A stretch of 62,419 bases of DNA, filler included, from Choristocarpus tenellus KU-1152 (taxonomy: Eukaryota; Protista; Phaeophyceae), in NCBI GenBank assembly GCA_964200185.2. It is 9 parts of 9 records of this genome, joined end to end, with 100 filler letters (N's around TTAATTAATTAA, not from the genome) between each part and the next. Parts side by side here need not be neighbours in the genome. Positions count along the whole stretch, not along the records: positions 7,690 to 12,290 come from CAXNAD020013842.1; positions 12,391 to 20,044 come from CAXNAD020005808.1; positions 20,145 to 39,787 come from CAXNAD020000457.1; 6 more parts are not named here. One strand, 5' to 3'. A program made the position numbers and the translations under genes. This document shows positions 12,108 through 25,400 of the stretch, piece by piece (position 1 is the first letter of the stretch; each line of letters begins with the position of its first letter). The notes below the pieces were generated by a model, which was given only the letters and a program-made list of their open reading frames with translations, had not been told where the DNA came from and did no database searches.

Positions 12108-12390
12108 GGGTTATAGACGTTACTACGGTGGAGTGGTGATATTGGGAGGTCTTGTGTATACAATACAAGGTGTGAATCGTGTGATTCTGTGGCGGCGAGG
12201 TTCACTCAGGCGAAGAGAATCACCGGGCAAGACGGACCAGACGAACAAGGACGAACCGTGACCGAGGGTACGAGGTTAAGGTTGTCCAAGNNNNNNNNNN
12301 NNNNNNNNNNNNNNNNNNNNNNNNNNNNNNNNNNTTAATTAATTAANNNNNNNNNNNNNNNNNNNNNNNNNNNNNNNNNNNNNNNNNNNN

Positions 12391-14022
12391 GCACTTGTCC
12401 CGAAGATAGCTTTCAACCTCATCTCTGCACATTCTGCTGGTAAGGCTAAGGAAGTGATCATCACACTGCCTGATAATGCATACCAGATAGAAGATGGGGG
12501 AGGTTTTCCACTCGTTTTTGAGTGGAATGGAACCATGTACACCGCTAACGCCGAAAGACTGCCACCCCCAGAAGATTTGGATCACACTCTATGACACTCC
12601 AGGATACATCCTCCCTCCACACCCAAGAAGACAGGCTGGAGAAATCCAGGAGATGGGGGGTTAATGGTAATGATAATGGAATCACCTGGATTGAAGATGG
12701 TATAACAATGATGGTGAGGATGATAGGATGGATGAAATCAAGGACAGCCAATGTGAAATGGAACTACGACGACTCAGCATTGGCAATGGTGAAGATAACA
12801 TCCTACCCCAACGCACCAGATCAGGCAATACTTCCGCCAAAGCTGCTGTGTTTTTGACATGTCCAATATCAGAGAAGAGATTTTTGTACATTTATATGTA
12901 TGGGTGTGGAATATGGTCTGGAAAGATTGTACGTTTGATAAAAGCACTTTATGGCACCAAACAGGCAAGCAGAGAGTTCAATAATCTGTTGGTGCACGTT
13001 TTGGAAAAGTGTGGTTTTGAGCAATGTAGAGCAGACCCTTGTGTGTTACGCTATGTAAGAGATGGCGTTGTTTGTGCTGTGATAGTCCCCCACGTAGATG
13101 ATCTATTGGTAGCTGGTAAAATTGATGTTTTGATTTGGGTTCGCTCAAGGATTAAAAAGCAGTTTTTCATAGAAGATTTTGGTGATATTGAGTATTATAT
13201 GGGTTGTTAGATTTCACGTGACAGAAATACACAGACTGTTACCATCAGTCAGACTAGGTACATTAAGAGTGTTTGTCAAAGATTTGGTATGGATGGGGCA
13301 AAGAAGAGGTCGGTACCCCATGATCTCTCTAGGGCTCTTGACAAGAGTGAGAATAATCCAAGTGTTGATGAAAGTACACCGTATAGGGAGGCAGTTGGTA
13401 GTTTGATGTGGGCATCTGTTATGACTAGGCTTGACATTGCAAATGCAGTTCGTGAAGTTGCCAAGTACAGTAGCAATCCCAAAGTCACTCATTGGCGTGC
13501 AGTGAAATGTATTTTAGCATATTTGAATACGTGTCCCAGTGTTGGATTGAGTTTTGGTGGTTTTAATACTGAGTGTGAGTTGAGTGCATATGCTGATGCT
13601 AGTTATGCTGGAGACTGGAATGATCGTAGGTCAGTGACTGGAGGAGCAATTATGTTTGCAGGAGGAGCAATATCTTGGATGTCAAAGGTGCAAAGAGTTG
13701 TAGCTCTGTCTTCCACAGAGAGTGAATACATAGCACTTAGTAGTGTGGCACAGGAATTACTTTTCTTGAGAAGTGTTTTTGAGTTTATTCGCCGCAGTTT
13801 CCTAGGCGTTGCGTTGATTTGTTTGAGGATAACGATGGTGCATGCAAACTAGTATGAAATGCCACAAGCTCTACTAGAACAAAGTACATTGATGTCCGAC
13901 ATCATTTTCTGAGGGATTTATCTAGAAAAGGAGAGATTCGTGTTGTTTTTTGTTGGTACTGCTAACCAGAGGGCAGATGTCTTGACCAAGAATTTGCCAG
14001 TTCGATTTTTTAGACAACATGT
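12391..14022 (+). mobile_element. Ty1/Copia pol remnant (protease-flank, RT, RNase H; integrase and RT N-terminus deleted)
   Basis: ALVPKIAFNLIS; RLIKALYGTKQASREF; HVDDLLVAG; PYREAVGSLMWASVMTRLDIA; AYADASYAGD..DRRSVTG; VALSSTESEY; RTKYIDVRHHFLRD; QRADVLTK. Stop at 13208 and frameshift near 13800. Confidence 0.95.
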
Positions 14023-14274
14023 GAGCCAAAGTATCTTAGAGGGTACAGCCGTGTCCATTTGGGGGCCGAAGTCCAATGTTGCAATGTAATTTTGGCTATT
14101 GTGTGTGTTAGGAAGTGTCAATGTCGATGTTCTGGACACACCTTTAAATAACATACACATTTTACCCACTCCGATACATTTTGGAGAAGGAAAATGTTAT
14201 ACAAAGCCCATGGGAAGCCAAGCCCCAAATGGACAAACATGGCAAAACTTGTACCCTCTAAGATACTTTCACTC
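14023..14274 (+). mobile_element. MITE family B
   Basis: GAGCCAAAGTATCTTAGAGGGTA...TACCCTCTAAGATACTTTCACTC. Truncates the Copia RNase H end; no TSD visible. Confidence 0.93.
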
Positions 14275-15205
14275 AAAAAAAACTCTCAGCAAAGGTGCGC
14301 CGTGAAAAAAAATAGAGGAAGAGAATTGAGGTGTAATTAGCTGGTGATTTCCGCCCCTTGATACTTTCGAAGTGGAAGGAATGCCTCATTTTGAAGGGGT
14401 GAATTGGGTTCCCCGGTGGTGGCAAATGATGACCCCCTTTCGGATGCATGTGACATATCTGAAAGAGAAGTAACGGAAGACATCTGCAACAAATTTGCAC
14501 CCGCGACTTATGTACACTTTGTCAGGTCTGAGTTGCTGTGACCCTCGATACCAAGGGTATGGCCACTCATCACGAAAACATCTTTGTTTTTTATGGTCTG
14601 TAGCATGTACTAGTATTATGAGTATGGTGTATGTGGTTGACCATATGGGAATTGGACGCAACATCGGCTCATGGCTGTATTGAGAAGGAGTTTGTCATTT
14701 CTTGTCCTTTAGGTTGGGTGCATGGGGTTGGGTAGGCCTTGCTGCCTCCTTTACACCGTGTATTATTGTGTAGGGTGTCTAATTCAGGTACTGTGTATTA
14801 GGGCGATTTAGACATAACACAACAACAACTACAAAGGTTTTCCCGCATCATAATGACATTTTTTTTTTTATCCCATAAAATGCAGAGGTATTCCACAAAA
14901 GGAGTGGACTCTGTCAGTGATCAAGTTCAACCAATGTACCATATGCTGACCAAGCCCAAGTGACAGAGTCATATATATATATATAATTAATAAACCATCT
15001 TGCACTATTTCCCATCCTTTTTGCTTCCCGTGCATTGCATTGATCCATCTCAAAACCCTCCCTTCCCGAACATACTACGCCTCCCTCTCCTCTAGCAGCC
15101 CCCCTCATAATCCCATATCTACCTCCCTTTACAAGGATCCTATTCCCACCCCTTGCGAAAACTCATAAATTCTCAACTTATCGATTACTTTCCACACCTG
15201 TTCAC

Positions 15206-18200
15206 CTCCCGTAGTAAGTAGGCATTCTCCTCTTGAAGATCCTTCTCCCTCCATGATCCCTCTGTCTCATCAACTAGATTCCTGCTCCTCTCCATCCCAC
15301 ATCCTTGACCCTTTTCCTGGAGCCCAATGCTGCGATTCCTGTCTTTTGACTCCTTCCCTCCAGCAACTGCTGTTCCTGCTGCTGCCACTGCTGCTGCTTC
15401 TACCTCTGAAGTCTCCCGTCTTGCTGACCTTAGCATACGATGAAGCTCCTGGATCTCATGCTTAGGGGATGTGTGTTGGGTTGTGTTTTGGTGGGGTGCA
15501 ATGGTGGAGTGTTGTTTATTTGGCAGTAGACTGAACGTACAACTGAAGGTACGCAAATGTCCACAGGCACTTGGATGTGCATGTGACTGTATGTTTAGCT
15601 GGTGAAAATGCAAAGTATGCAGGGTATATGGGGTTTGTATTGATGTTCAGATTGGGTGCGTGTACGGAATACACACAAGTCAACCATGCAACCGAGCTTA
15701 AGACTCTTGTTTTGTTTGGTGTGCGATGAGCATTGAATGATGAAGCACTTGTATAGACATATGAGTTTAGGAACGAGGAGACAAATCCAAGTAGGGGATT
15801 TGTGAGTTTCATGCTGACAAATCGTACATGCATCTGTGAAAATTTGTGAGAGTTTATGGTGTGGGCATGATTGCTCATGTGTGCGTATGATGCATAGATG
15901 GGAGGAGGATATGTTAGCAAACACCTTAGACTGACCTTATAGCTGGCAATGATATCACTTGGGACACTCCTCCTTCCCTCAATATCGCACACTGAGGCAT
16001 GTGTAGGTACCTGCATTGCTCTGGTGTTACACAAAGTAAGAGGGTGTGGGATGGTGTACAGAGGGTGGTGTAGTAGGGGATGTTATAAGAAAAGAGGTGG
16101 AATTACAAAGCTCTTGCTACAAAAGTCAATACAAGGGAGAAATGTGGAAAAGTGCAGACTCAAGGGTGGGAATGGTTTTACTGGTGTGCCTTGGTTGAGA
16201 TGTCAAATTAGAGACCAAAGAGGTAACAATCAAACAAAAAAAATAAAAAATTGTGTTTACTTCAAAGTTTAAAGCATGTTCATATTTTTGAGGCACAAAA
16301 GATGATACCATGAGACATAGTAACCTAGAGGAGGTGGCATTAACTATAAGGGGCCTGTGCGACTGCCTTCTAGAGAATGTACTACTAGTGCTCCCAAGGG
16401 CAAACTCGCATTGTGTGGACAAACGTTTGTCTCCTCTTCTGTAGCCACAGCCTCCTTATGGGGGTTGACTGACTTTGGGGTATGGGAATGGAGGTGTCGC
16501 TCAAAACATAAAAAAACTCATTATTCTTAAAAGTGCCTAAATGTACAAACCTCCAGGATACTATAGCTCCACAAGAAGATGATGTAATGCACAGATAGAG
16601 ACCAATGCGGCACATCACAAGTTACCGAGTATCGGCATCACTTTGCACACTGAGTTTTCCAATGTTGATGTGAAATGGCACCATGAATGTGCAAACAGCT
16701 CCCTACCTCCAAGACTGTTGTCTACATAGGAATATTGACACAATGGAGAGTTGAATCAAGCACAGCAAGCACCTCTTGCGCAGCACACCTAATCTCCCCA
16801 CCCCCATGCATGGCCCATCCACTTATAAGCACACTCATCCACATTCCACTACTCGTACACAAACACAGATAAGCCTATCGCAGCATACTTGCTACGAGTC
16901 AAAGTATCTTAGGGTTAGGGTAGAGCCGCGTCCATTTTGGGGTCAAAATCCAATGTTGCGATTTTGATGTAATTTTGGCTATCATGTTTGTTAGGAAGTG
17001 TCAATATCCTTGTTCCGGACACAATTATTCATAACATATAAATTTTACCTACTCCGAAACATCTCAGAGTAGGAAAATGTCGTAGAAAAATACCATGGGA
17101 AGCCAAGCCCCAAATGGGCAAACAGGACAAAACTCGTACCCTCTAAGGTACTTTAACTCTACACTCCGCCCTACATACTAACATGCAGGCATGCAACGAC
17201 ATGTGTGTTCTACCACCACAGTGTTTCCAAATTTCTCATAGTGTTTGGATGAATGTAAGTGATTCATGCCCTGACAACATGCTTACCTGTGACCAATCTA
17301 CCCCAACCCAGATACCTCACACCAAACAGTATTTCATGTCTTCTACTTCTATCTCAAGCTCTACTTGTATACCTTTCTGCGAACTGTAGAGTTGACAGGG
17401 TTTCCCCAATGGATCCTCCGGCAGGGGAGACTGTGACCACAAAGAGTGCCCTGGCATTTCCCCCAATAATGTCCTGTTGTATTGACAGTGTTGATTACAA
17501 TGGAAGTATGAGTTACAAAACTGCTAAAATTGATATTTTCTGTGCTTTAGCAAATCATCAATCAATGTGGCATGGTCACCGTACCCCATGCGACATGCTC
17601 CATCCTCCAACTCCCAACCCCCCCCCTCATCCCTCCACACCCTATTCCATTCCCCTCCACCCTTATCAGTAACATCCTTCTTGGCTCTTGCAACTCCTCC
17701 TTTCATATTCATCGATCTTCCGTTGGGTTTCTTTGCACCTGAAGTAGCCTGGTGAGCTTGGAGTCACGGAAGGGCACATGTGACCTCCTTTTTTGCAAAG
17801 CCTGAAGGCAATTCCCAAGGGCAGACAGACTCTGATTTATAGCATTGAGTGACCGTACATGATCTCTGGAAAGGGTGTCACTCCGGAATGCTTGCCACCT
17901 CTCACTTCCAGCAAGGTCAACGAGACTCACCTTGTAAAAAAAGTCAAAGATTGAACCTCTGCTGTCAACAGGTACAGTTAATTGTCAAAAAGAGATGTAT
18001 ATCCTCAGACAGTAGGGCAAGTGATGTACGGGTATTGGGAGTCTAGTTGCTCTCGAGTATGTGACTTGCAACAAGTGAAGTGTTCCAGTTTTTTCGACTC
18101 TGTTCCTTAAGACTGGGAGGTATAGAGCGTTGACCTCCTTAATGGATCGTGTCACGGTGTGTGCTGTAGCAGGGCAAAATATGAGACATACGAAAGATGT

Positions 18201-19876
18201 TGTCATTGAGAGTGACTCAATGATGAGGCCTTATGAATGTATTTGGCTTTGTAATCAAGTCAACATTCAGGTGCTAGACTAAGACTTCACTTTAAAATGA
18301 GAGTGAAAAGTCAAGTTCATTATATAACCAAAGCAGTGCCCTCTGTTTCAACATAGTTTGACCCAAAGTATCTGGGGGAGGGGGGGGTCTGCACCAGGGT
18401 ATCCATTTGGACCATAACCAGGTAGAGTGCACTTACATTATCCATCCGACATATGCAACCAAATCACCCAAAAATCACGACATGAAAAAATCGACCCCAA
18501 ATGGACAGCCGCCACCCCTCCCAGATACTTAGAGCCTTTGCTACATGCAGTAGATGTGTGCATGCCACAGGATACTTCATCTGGGCTATGAAGATATGAT
18601 GTCAAAGGTTAATTAGACGGACATAATGGATGTGAAATTGAATGAGGAGGTAACTCCATGGAGATGTTGTTCAAGTGGGAGGGGGGGGAGATGGATGGCT
18701 CCATCAGGCCTCTAATTACTGGTTGGTTAAGTGGGTCGCTCGATCCGAATTAAACTTGTTTCCCGCATGTGGGTTGAAGATACTGTTTCAATCTTTTTCA
18801 TGGAATAATATTGAGTCAATGGGGCCTGCACAATATTTGGGGAATGGAGCACAGCATTATCAACCGGCTGAGCTCTACAAGTGAATCTGAAGGGTCCAAC
18901 CAAAATCAACTTATGCCGGCATCTGGAATTGAAGGAAGCAATAATGGTGAATGAAGGGAAAAACAAGCATATGCTTCGAATCAAGAACAACCTGCTTTGG
19001 ATTGTCACTTCCCTAGTAATCCTTGCGTGTTTGTCCTAGACTTCACCCTGGATTTATCCCACACGAGTCGAAAGATATCAAAATCTGCAGGGCATCCAGC
19101 AGGACAATGAAGTACCAGCCCGCCCTCAATCTATAGCCTGAACATTCTGTCTTGTCCTTTCCCACCTTGGATAGGCGGAGAGCATTTCTCTGGCCTGAAA
19201 GAACCTGCTCAATTTTAATCTGTTCTCGTTGAACCAAGTATTGCAAAGCACACATATACAATGGGGTTTTGAGTCCAAGGTTGATATAATGGAGTTATTG
19301 GGTCAGACTCTAGACAAGATTCATGTTCTTGGGTATTTTTCCAGCTGTGGTGGGAAGCAGGTAGGTATTGTACAACGGCATCAATACAGATGGTGAGAGA
19401 GGGGTGAGTGAGGGCTGTAGAAAGAGGATGTAAACTGATGTGAGGTTTTATCAGTGGTGTGGCATGGCTTTGAAAGAATCCATTGAGGGCTAGTTTTGGT
19501 GTAAGCTGTCAGTGGTAGACCTCATACCACCATACCAACCGGAGTCCTCTGTGTATCCCTGCTTTAGAACATGTTGCTATGCTTGCATTGGTGGTCTATC
19601 TAAGGAGAGAGAGAGAGAGAGAGAGAGACAACCTTCTTATTCCATGTCAAGAGTACCCTCACACAAATCAATTTCTGTAGCTACTACTACACAAAAGTAG
19701 CAGCGTGTCATATACCACACCCTGAACAAGATGTGCACACGAGAAAGGAAGCCTGAAAGGCTTACCGTGAAGACTGTGTGACTGCGACTGCTCCGAGAGT
19801 TGGTGTCTGTGGCCCCAAGGGCTCGCATCCGCCCTCCGCTCCGTAGCAGCAGGAGCACGTCTTCCACAGTCTTCAC
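15206..19876 (-). CDS. Kinesin motor protein, partial. Exons 19766-19876, 19166-19219, 17739-17930, 17373-17473, 15936-16020, ~15206-15460
   Basis: Phase-consistent GT-AG splicing gives [16 protein letters not shown]|IKIEQ...LSK|[11 protein letters not shown]...[11 protein letters not shown]...[14 protein letters not shown]|[17 protein letters not shown]...[11 protein letters not shown]|AMQV...IIASYK|[10 protein letters not shown]. These are switch I/II and the neck coiled coil. Confidence 0.95.
16896..17159 (+). mobile_element. MITE family B in a kinesin intron
   Basis: Family-B TIRs; TSD TAC. The left TIR reads TTAGGGTTAGGGTA instead of the consensus TTAGAGGGTA. Confidence 0.95.
18360..18536 (+). 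mobile_element. MITE family A in a kinesin intron
   Basis: GACCCAAAGTATCT...AGATACTTAGAGCC; TSD TTT. Confidence 0.95.
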
Positions 19877-19979
19877 CTGCAGAGGGGGATGGTGATGCCA
19901 GTGCTGCTCACTACTTTTTATTTTTCAGTATGTTCTCCTTTGGGCATCATCGGTGCACACACTGTTGTAGGCTTGGAGG

Positions 19980-20044
19980 GGGTCAAAGTATCTGGGGAGG
20001 GAGTGTCGGTGTCCGTTTTTCACCCTTTTTTCGATTTTCACTTT
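19980..20044 (+). mobile_element. MITE family C, truncated by the contig end
   Basis: Near-identical to 11195-11272 (GTCCGTTTTTCACCCTTTTTTCGATTTTCACTT). Confidence 0.88.
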
Positions 20045-20426
20045 NNNNNNNNNNNNNNNNNNNNNNNNNNNNNNNNNNNNNNNNNNNNTTAATTAATTAA
20101 NNNNNNNNNNNNNNNNNNNNNNNNNNNNNNNNNNNNNNNNNNNNCACCCCCCTGACCCCCCCTGACACACAAACGCTCGTATGGCACTCTAAGAGCTCCT
20201 GAGGCAGAGTAGAGGGTAGGTTGATGAAGAATGGTGCACAACCCTTGTCTTATTTGTTCCAGTGCCTTTTGTTCCAGTGCTTCTGTATTTTTATGCCCTT
20301 CATAATGGGCATCCTGTACTGTTCATTAAGAACGGTACATATTTTCTGTGCTACACAAAGGGCCGGCTAGCTCTTGGAATTTGTAACTCCTCAAGTTTAT
20401 ATTACTCTTTTTTTTTTTTACTTCCC

Positions 20427-20428
<2 letters not shown>

Positions 20429-20460
<32 letters not shown>
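20429..20460. repeat. (GT)n microsatellite
   Basis: About 16 GT units. Other simple repeats: (GA)n ~19604-19628 and (TAC)n ~46200-46246. Confidence 0.95.
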
Positions 20461-20461
<1 letters not shown>

Positions 20462-22289
20462 TGTGTTTTGTCTTGTGTGCAAGTGGAGCATCACAGTGCT
20501 CTGTCTTGGAGGCACAGCTAGATCTGCAGCTCTGGCTCTGGAGCTTTTTTGGTGGGGTCTGTAGCAATGCACTGGAAGATTTAGTGTAATGCGTTGACTT
20601 GGCCGTTGTCATGTGTTTTTGAGCTTTTGACAGTTACAGGCTGTTCTTTGTTACAGGCGATACGTGCGTTAAAGTGTGTTGCCTTTCTGCATGGAGGTCT
20701 GCGAGTGGTTCGACTTTCTTACCAGCAGCAGCCTAGATGCCTTTTTTTTCTGGGACTCTGGGGGACTGTAGTGTGATGGACTTCGTAGACGTGTCCAGTT
20801 CTTTCAAGCAAGTGGCCTGTCCTTGGAGGGTTTGGCAGGAGAAGAATCAATGCCAGTGAGAGCCCCCGCATTCGAATTGCTGTTCAGGCAGTGACCCCCC
20901 TTGAATTTCACCATGGACGACTACTGTATTCTATCTAGTAAGCAGGAGAGAGAGGATGAAATTGAATTCCGGCTGAGTGTTTTCTCCTAGAGGAAGGGAA
21001 GGAAGAGCACCTTTATTTAGCTGTCTCCCGAAACTACCCTTTTTTTTTAATGTGCATCTGTCCATGCAACCTGTTATATTTCTGTCTGGCAAAAGAGTTA
21101 TCCTGGTTTTGTTGGTCGATGGAGATATGTATCAAGCATGCGGTGTTTCAGCGAGAAGTGTCTTAGGTGTCTGACGGGGTGAGAGGCGCAATGATGGTTA
21201 TTGGTGTGGGTGCCTGCCTGCCTGCCTGCCTGTCTGTCTGTCTGTCTGTCCGTGTGTTTTGCTCATTGTCTGGAATTTTTCTGGCATATAGAAGGAGATA
21301 TTTTAGTTTGCATCTTGCTCATGGTCGTCTTGTGTGTTGTCTGCCCTGTAGTATGGTGACCATTTGTGGTGCATTTATGTGTGTGACTTAATTGTATCAG
21401 GAAAGAGATGAGTTTTTTTTTTTCTTTTGATGCACACCCTCAGTGTCCGTCCGACCTATACCCGCTCTGACTGACGTTTGAAAAGAATGTTGTTTCTAGA
21501 ATTTCATTGGCTTTGTTTGGGGAGGTTTTGTTGTGCATATATTTGCGCGTCTCTCTCTCTTTTTCATATTTATTGAGGTGGTGTGGGCAGGGTGGAGGGA
21601 GGGAGGTGTAGGCTCCTCACCACAACAATATATTATGAATAATGACATTTTTTTTGTGAAAGAGTAGTGTGTGGATTGGTTGCCCAAAGTTAACATAATG
21701 TGTACTTTTAATAACAAGAATGAATGAAGACAGGTGGTCTGTGCCATGTTCGTAAACTTCCTTTGCATTGCTTGTTGATCTAGGTGGCTGAATGTTCTTT
21801 TATCTGTTAATTCTTCTTATAGTTTGTATTGTTCTTTTTGTGTTGTGTGTGTCTGAGCTACCTCTCAGTGCAGTGTGAGCGATGTTGCTGGTCCTGAACG
21901 AAATAAAACGATTGTTCATTTATTTTGCGATGCATGATCAATGACATGAAGTGTTCATCTCACTAGGTGCAGTTTAAATCAGGTGGCTCCTGCTGCTTCT
22001 TTCTAAGCATGATAGAGGGGACATCGAGGAGGCATGGTGGTTGTTGGAACAACTCGCAGTAACTGATCTCCACGGCCAGAATGGGTGGTGTATACAAAGG
22101 AGATCATGTACTACACAACTATCCTAACCCAATCCCCCCCTCTTCTGTCTCCCAGTGGCCACCCGTAACTGGTCTATGGGTAAGGTACTACACCCAGTCG
22201 TATGTCATGTACCCTGACAGAATATATTAGTTTAATTCCTTGTGTGTTCTCTGCTAGAGTCGCATGGAAGGAGACGTGCCCAGGTTTTG

Positions 22290-22470
22290 TATTTTATGGA
22301 TGGCGACAATTATGTGTAATATTCGGCTATTCTTACCAATAATGCGTGTAGGACATATTCTTCGTTCTGTTTCAAACAATAGAAGAAATCAACGCCATCG
22401 AGTCAAACTTAGCTCTTCATCAATAGAGATATGATTGAATTGAAAAAATAGATGTGAAGAACTGGCTAAT
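22290..22470 (+). repeat. Dispersed repeat family D (old, non-coding); further copies ~33045-33235 and ~61820-62015
   Basis: Shared core of the type GAAATCAACGCCATCGAGTCAAACTTAGCTCTTCATCAA...ATATG(G) preceded by GGATG..GACAA.TATGTGTAA. Ends not defined. Confidence 0.6.
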
Positions 22471-25400
22471 AATGCGAAAGGCTGCCCAAGCCTGCGCACC
22501 TATCACTTACTTCGACTCACACCTAAAATATACGTCAAGAGGGTTGGGGTTAGTCCCCTCTAAACATCAAAATACTACATTGATATAAGCACAGTTCAAA
22601 AAAGAACTCCCTCATACAGAGAAGGTTTTATACGTCACCCCCCACCTTGAAAATATATTCTAGATACTTTCCTTGTAATCCAGAACATAGAAGAATGAAA
22701 TTGACTTCTTTGACTGGGAAAATGCACCATGTTCTTCTACTCATCACACATTCCTCTGATGTTCCTGACTCTTAGTACCCAATACAGTTTGTTCAATACA
22801 TGATGTACTCACTGCCTTGACATGCACACTACTAGCGCGCCACACTGACTCAAATGGGACCCTTTTGGAAGCACGAAATTTCGACATGGACAATTTTCTC
22901 CATGCTTTCTTCGTCGCAGAAGCATGACCTCCTGTTACAGTCTCTGAGACAGACTATTATTAATTTTATGTCTTGCTTAAGGAAGGCTGAGAATTGTGGT
23001 AAGCCTGAGGGATTTGACTGTAATGAGTAAAGAAGGCGGACTTATCAAGACCTTTCTTTTCACCTCTTCTATTATTGCCATACTTCGTATTATGTGACAG
23101 GCTATCAGCGCATGTAATCACGAAACAAGATTTAACTGGCGCAAGCAGCAAGCACTTGCACGGTCAGCTCAAAATGAGTAGGTTCAAAGTCGTCTGACTG
23201 ATACAGTGTTAAATTTGAACCTTTACAAAACTGGCTTTCTAGAAAATTCAAGAATGAAGACTCAGTACCGCAAAGCCAAATCAAGTCCAATGAATATCAA
23301 GGTAAAAGCAATGACAAATAACTTCATAGGAGGAGGCCAGGTATTCCTGCACAAAGTTAGAATGCTCAGGCAAGTTCTAGGTACTACTCTCTTTGTGTCT
23401 ATTATTGCCGGCTGCATTCTTACATGGAGCATATCATCAAACTAGATATAGACGGGGCAATAGGGAAACTGGAGTATTCAGTTGACATGTTATGGCAGAA
23501 AATTAACTCAATCCATGTGACATACAAGGAAATTTTGAGAAGCATTACACACCCTTGCAGGGCATTGCATTCGAGACACCAAGCTTGAAAAAACACTTGC
23601 ATGTTTATTCAAAATAACCTGATTTTCATTGGTTTGTCCATGCTACTGTAAATCCATGCAACCTGAGGATTGATTCTCACTGCAATTTGTCCAGGCATGC
23701 CCCGATCATGCTGTTGTTGGTCATCCACACTCCCCACACCAGATGGGCCTTCTTAACGTGGGCAAAATTAATGTCGTTTTTCACCAGTTTTATAATTGTC
23801 AAGATTTCACTTGACAAAATTCCGTAACAAACACTCCACATCTTACCCCTACTGTGTCGTGATAGAATCTATGTCCTCAATGCTGTCTAGAACAGCCCTC
23901 TTTCTTCGGAAGCTTTGCTCGAGAAATACATTTTCACTTTGTATTGCAGTTTGAGATAGGCTACTCTCAAACAGATGTGCTGAGTACGTACATAGACATA
24001 GTTCACACCAAGGTGCCCCACTATTTGGAAATGCAACAAGTGCATTTGAGCAAATCTGCTTTGATGGAAGATCGTCTCGCTCAGTGAAGGCTTCGGGAGG
24101 ACGTTGTTGCAATCTTTGAAGCCACATGTCTCATGACTTTGAAGGGTTTTGAAAGATCATTGATGACCATTTCAAGCCTCTTGTTTACCTGGCTTTTGCC
24201 ATGTATCATCTCGCTAGAAAGGTATAATATCTGTTTCCGTTTCAACCTGGGGCACTTGCACTTCCATATGACAACCAACTCTTCGAAGTTGGCAACATCA
24301 TTGGTACACGAACTATGAGAGTGTTGAAATGATAGACACTTTGGGAAGCGAAATACTGAGGTTCTTGTACAATAATCAACCAGAAAATTGAACTAGACTA
24401 ATATTGGGCATCATACCAACAATTGGTGGGCGTTGAGGAAAGCGCTAGGTAAGCAACATAGGGCTAATTGTTGGTTTAAGATCAGGTGATGACTGAACAA
24501 TATCATTGTGTACAATGATGAGGTCACAAAATCAGGTATAAGCATCGTACAACATGTTTCACCCTACTTCTCCTTGTTCAGTCCACGTAAGCTAGATACA
24601 CCCTAGGGTAGTCAACAGCTTGCACAAGGAAGTCCCATCAATCACCATACTGCAAACTGTTCAAGACCCCTGAAACCCTTAAGCATTGAGTAGAAGGTAT
24701 ACTATCTTTTGTGTAGGCGCCTGTGCTGACCAACTACCTCACTTCTCAAGCACCACAGCGAACTGGAAAAAAGAATCACCAAGTAGGAAATAGTCAATTG
24801 CATGTATGTAGTGTACACTTTCACCATTAAGACGCATTTGAGCACAGATAACCTGATGAGAGTCACACACTACATAGAATTTTCACAGGACATGACAGAA
24901 AGGTAAAAAAAAGGTACCATACAAATGACATCATAGGGTACACCTGACGACAAGCAATACGTTGCGTTCCGGGTTATACAGACCAGAAAAAGGACGCATC
25001 AGTCACAGTCTACATTCTAGTACAACCATCATGACGCAGAGGTCTTATGTTGGTTGTGCAATTGTACTAATACAACCAACCAAATGTGTTCATGAGCGTA
25101 CGTAATTTTGGTTCAATAAAAAATATCAGCAACTAATTGAAAGTACCGCTATATTTTTGGTTTCACTTAAATCGGAAGTATACAGGATCATAGCAAAGTA
25201 CCGTTCACAACACTAGATAAAAACGTTGTGGAAAAGTGCAGTTTTGGGATCTAAAATAGGAAAATAAAAACTCAAAAGAGTGTCTCGATGTCACGGACAA
25301 TTCAAGGAGGAACAGTCTGACTAAAAAAAACACTATTGCCTTCCACATAACATATTTTTTGTTCCAGGAAAGAGGGTAAACCTCAAGAACATTCAGTTTG

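Noticed and set aside
12264-12288. GAGGGTACGAG...TTGTCCA near the PIF right end resembles the MITE-B TIR
   Set aside because: It is in the wrong orientation for a right terminus and lacks AAAGTATCT, so it does not link PIF to the MITEs.
20657-20740. Possible terminal exon (GDTCVKVCCL...)
   Set aside because: Too short, with no upstream exon or diagnostic motif.
25020-25082. Hairpin GTTGGTTGT...ACAACCAAC as a Helitron 3' end
   Set aside because: No CTRR terminus at the expected distance and no second copy.
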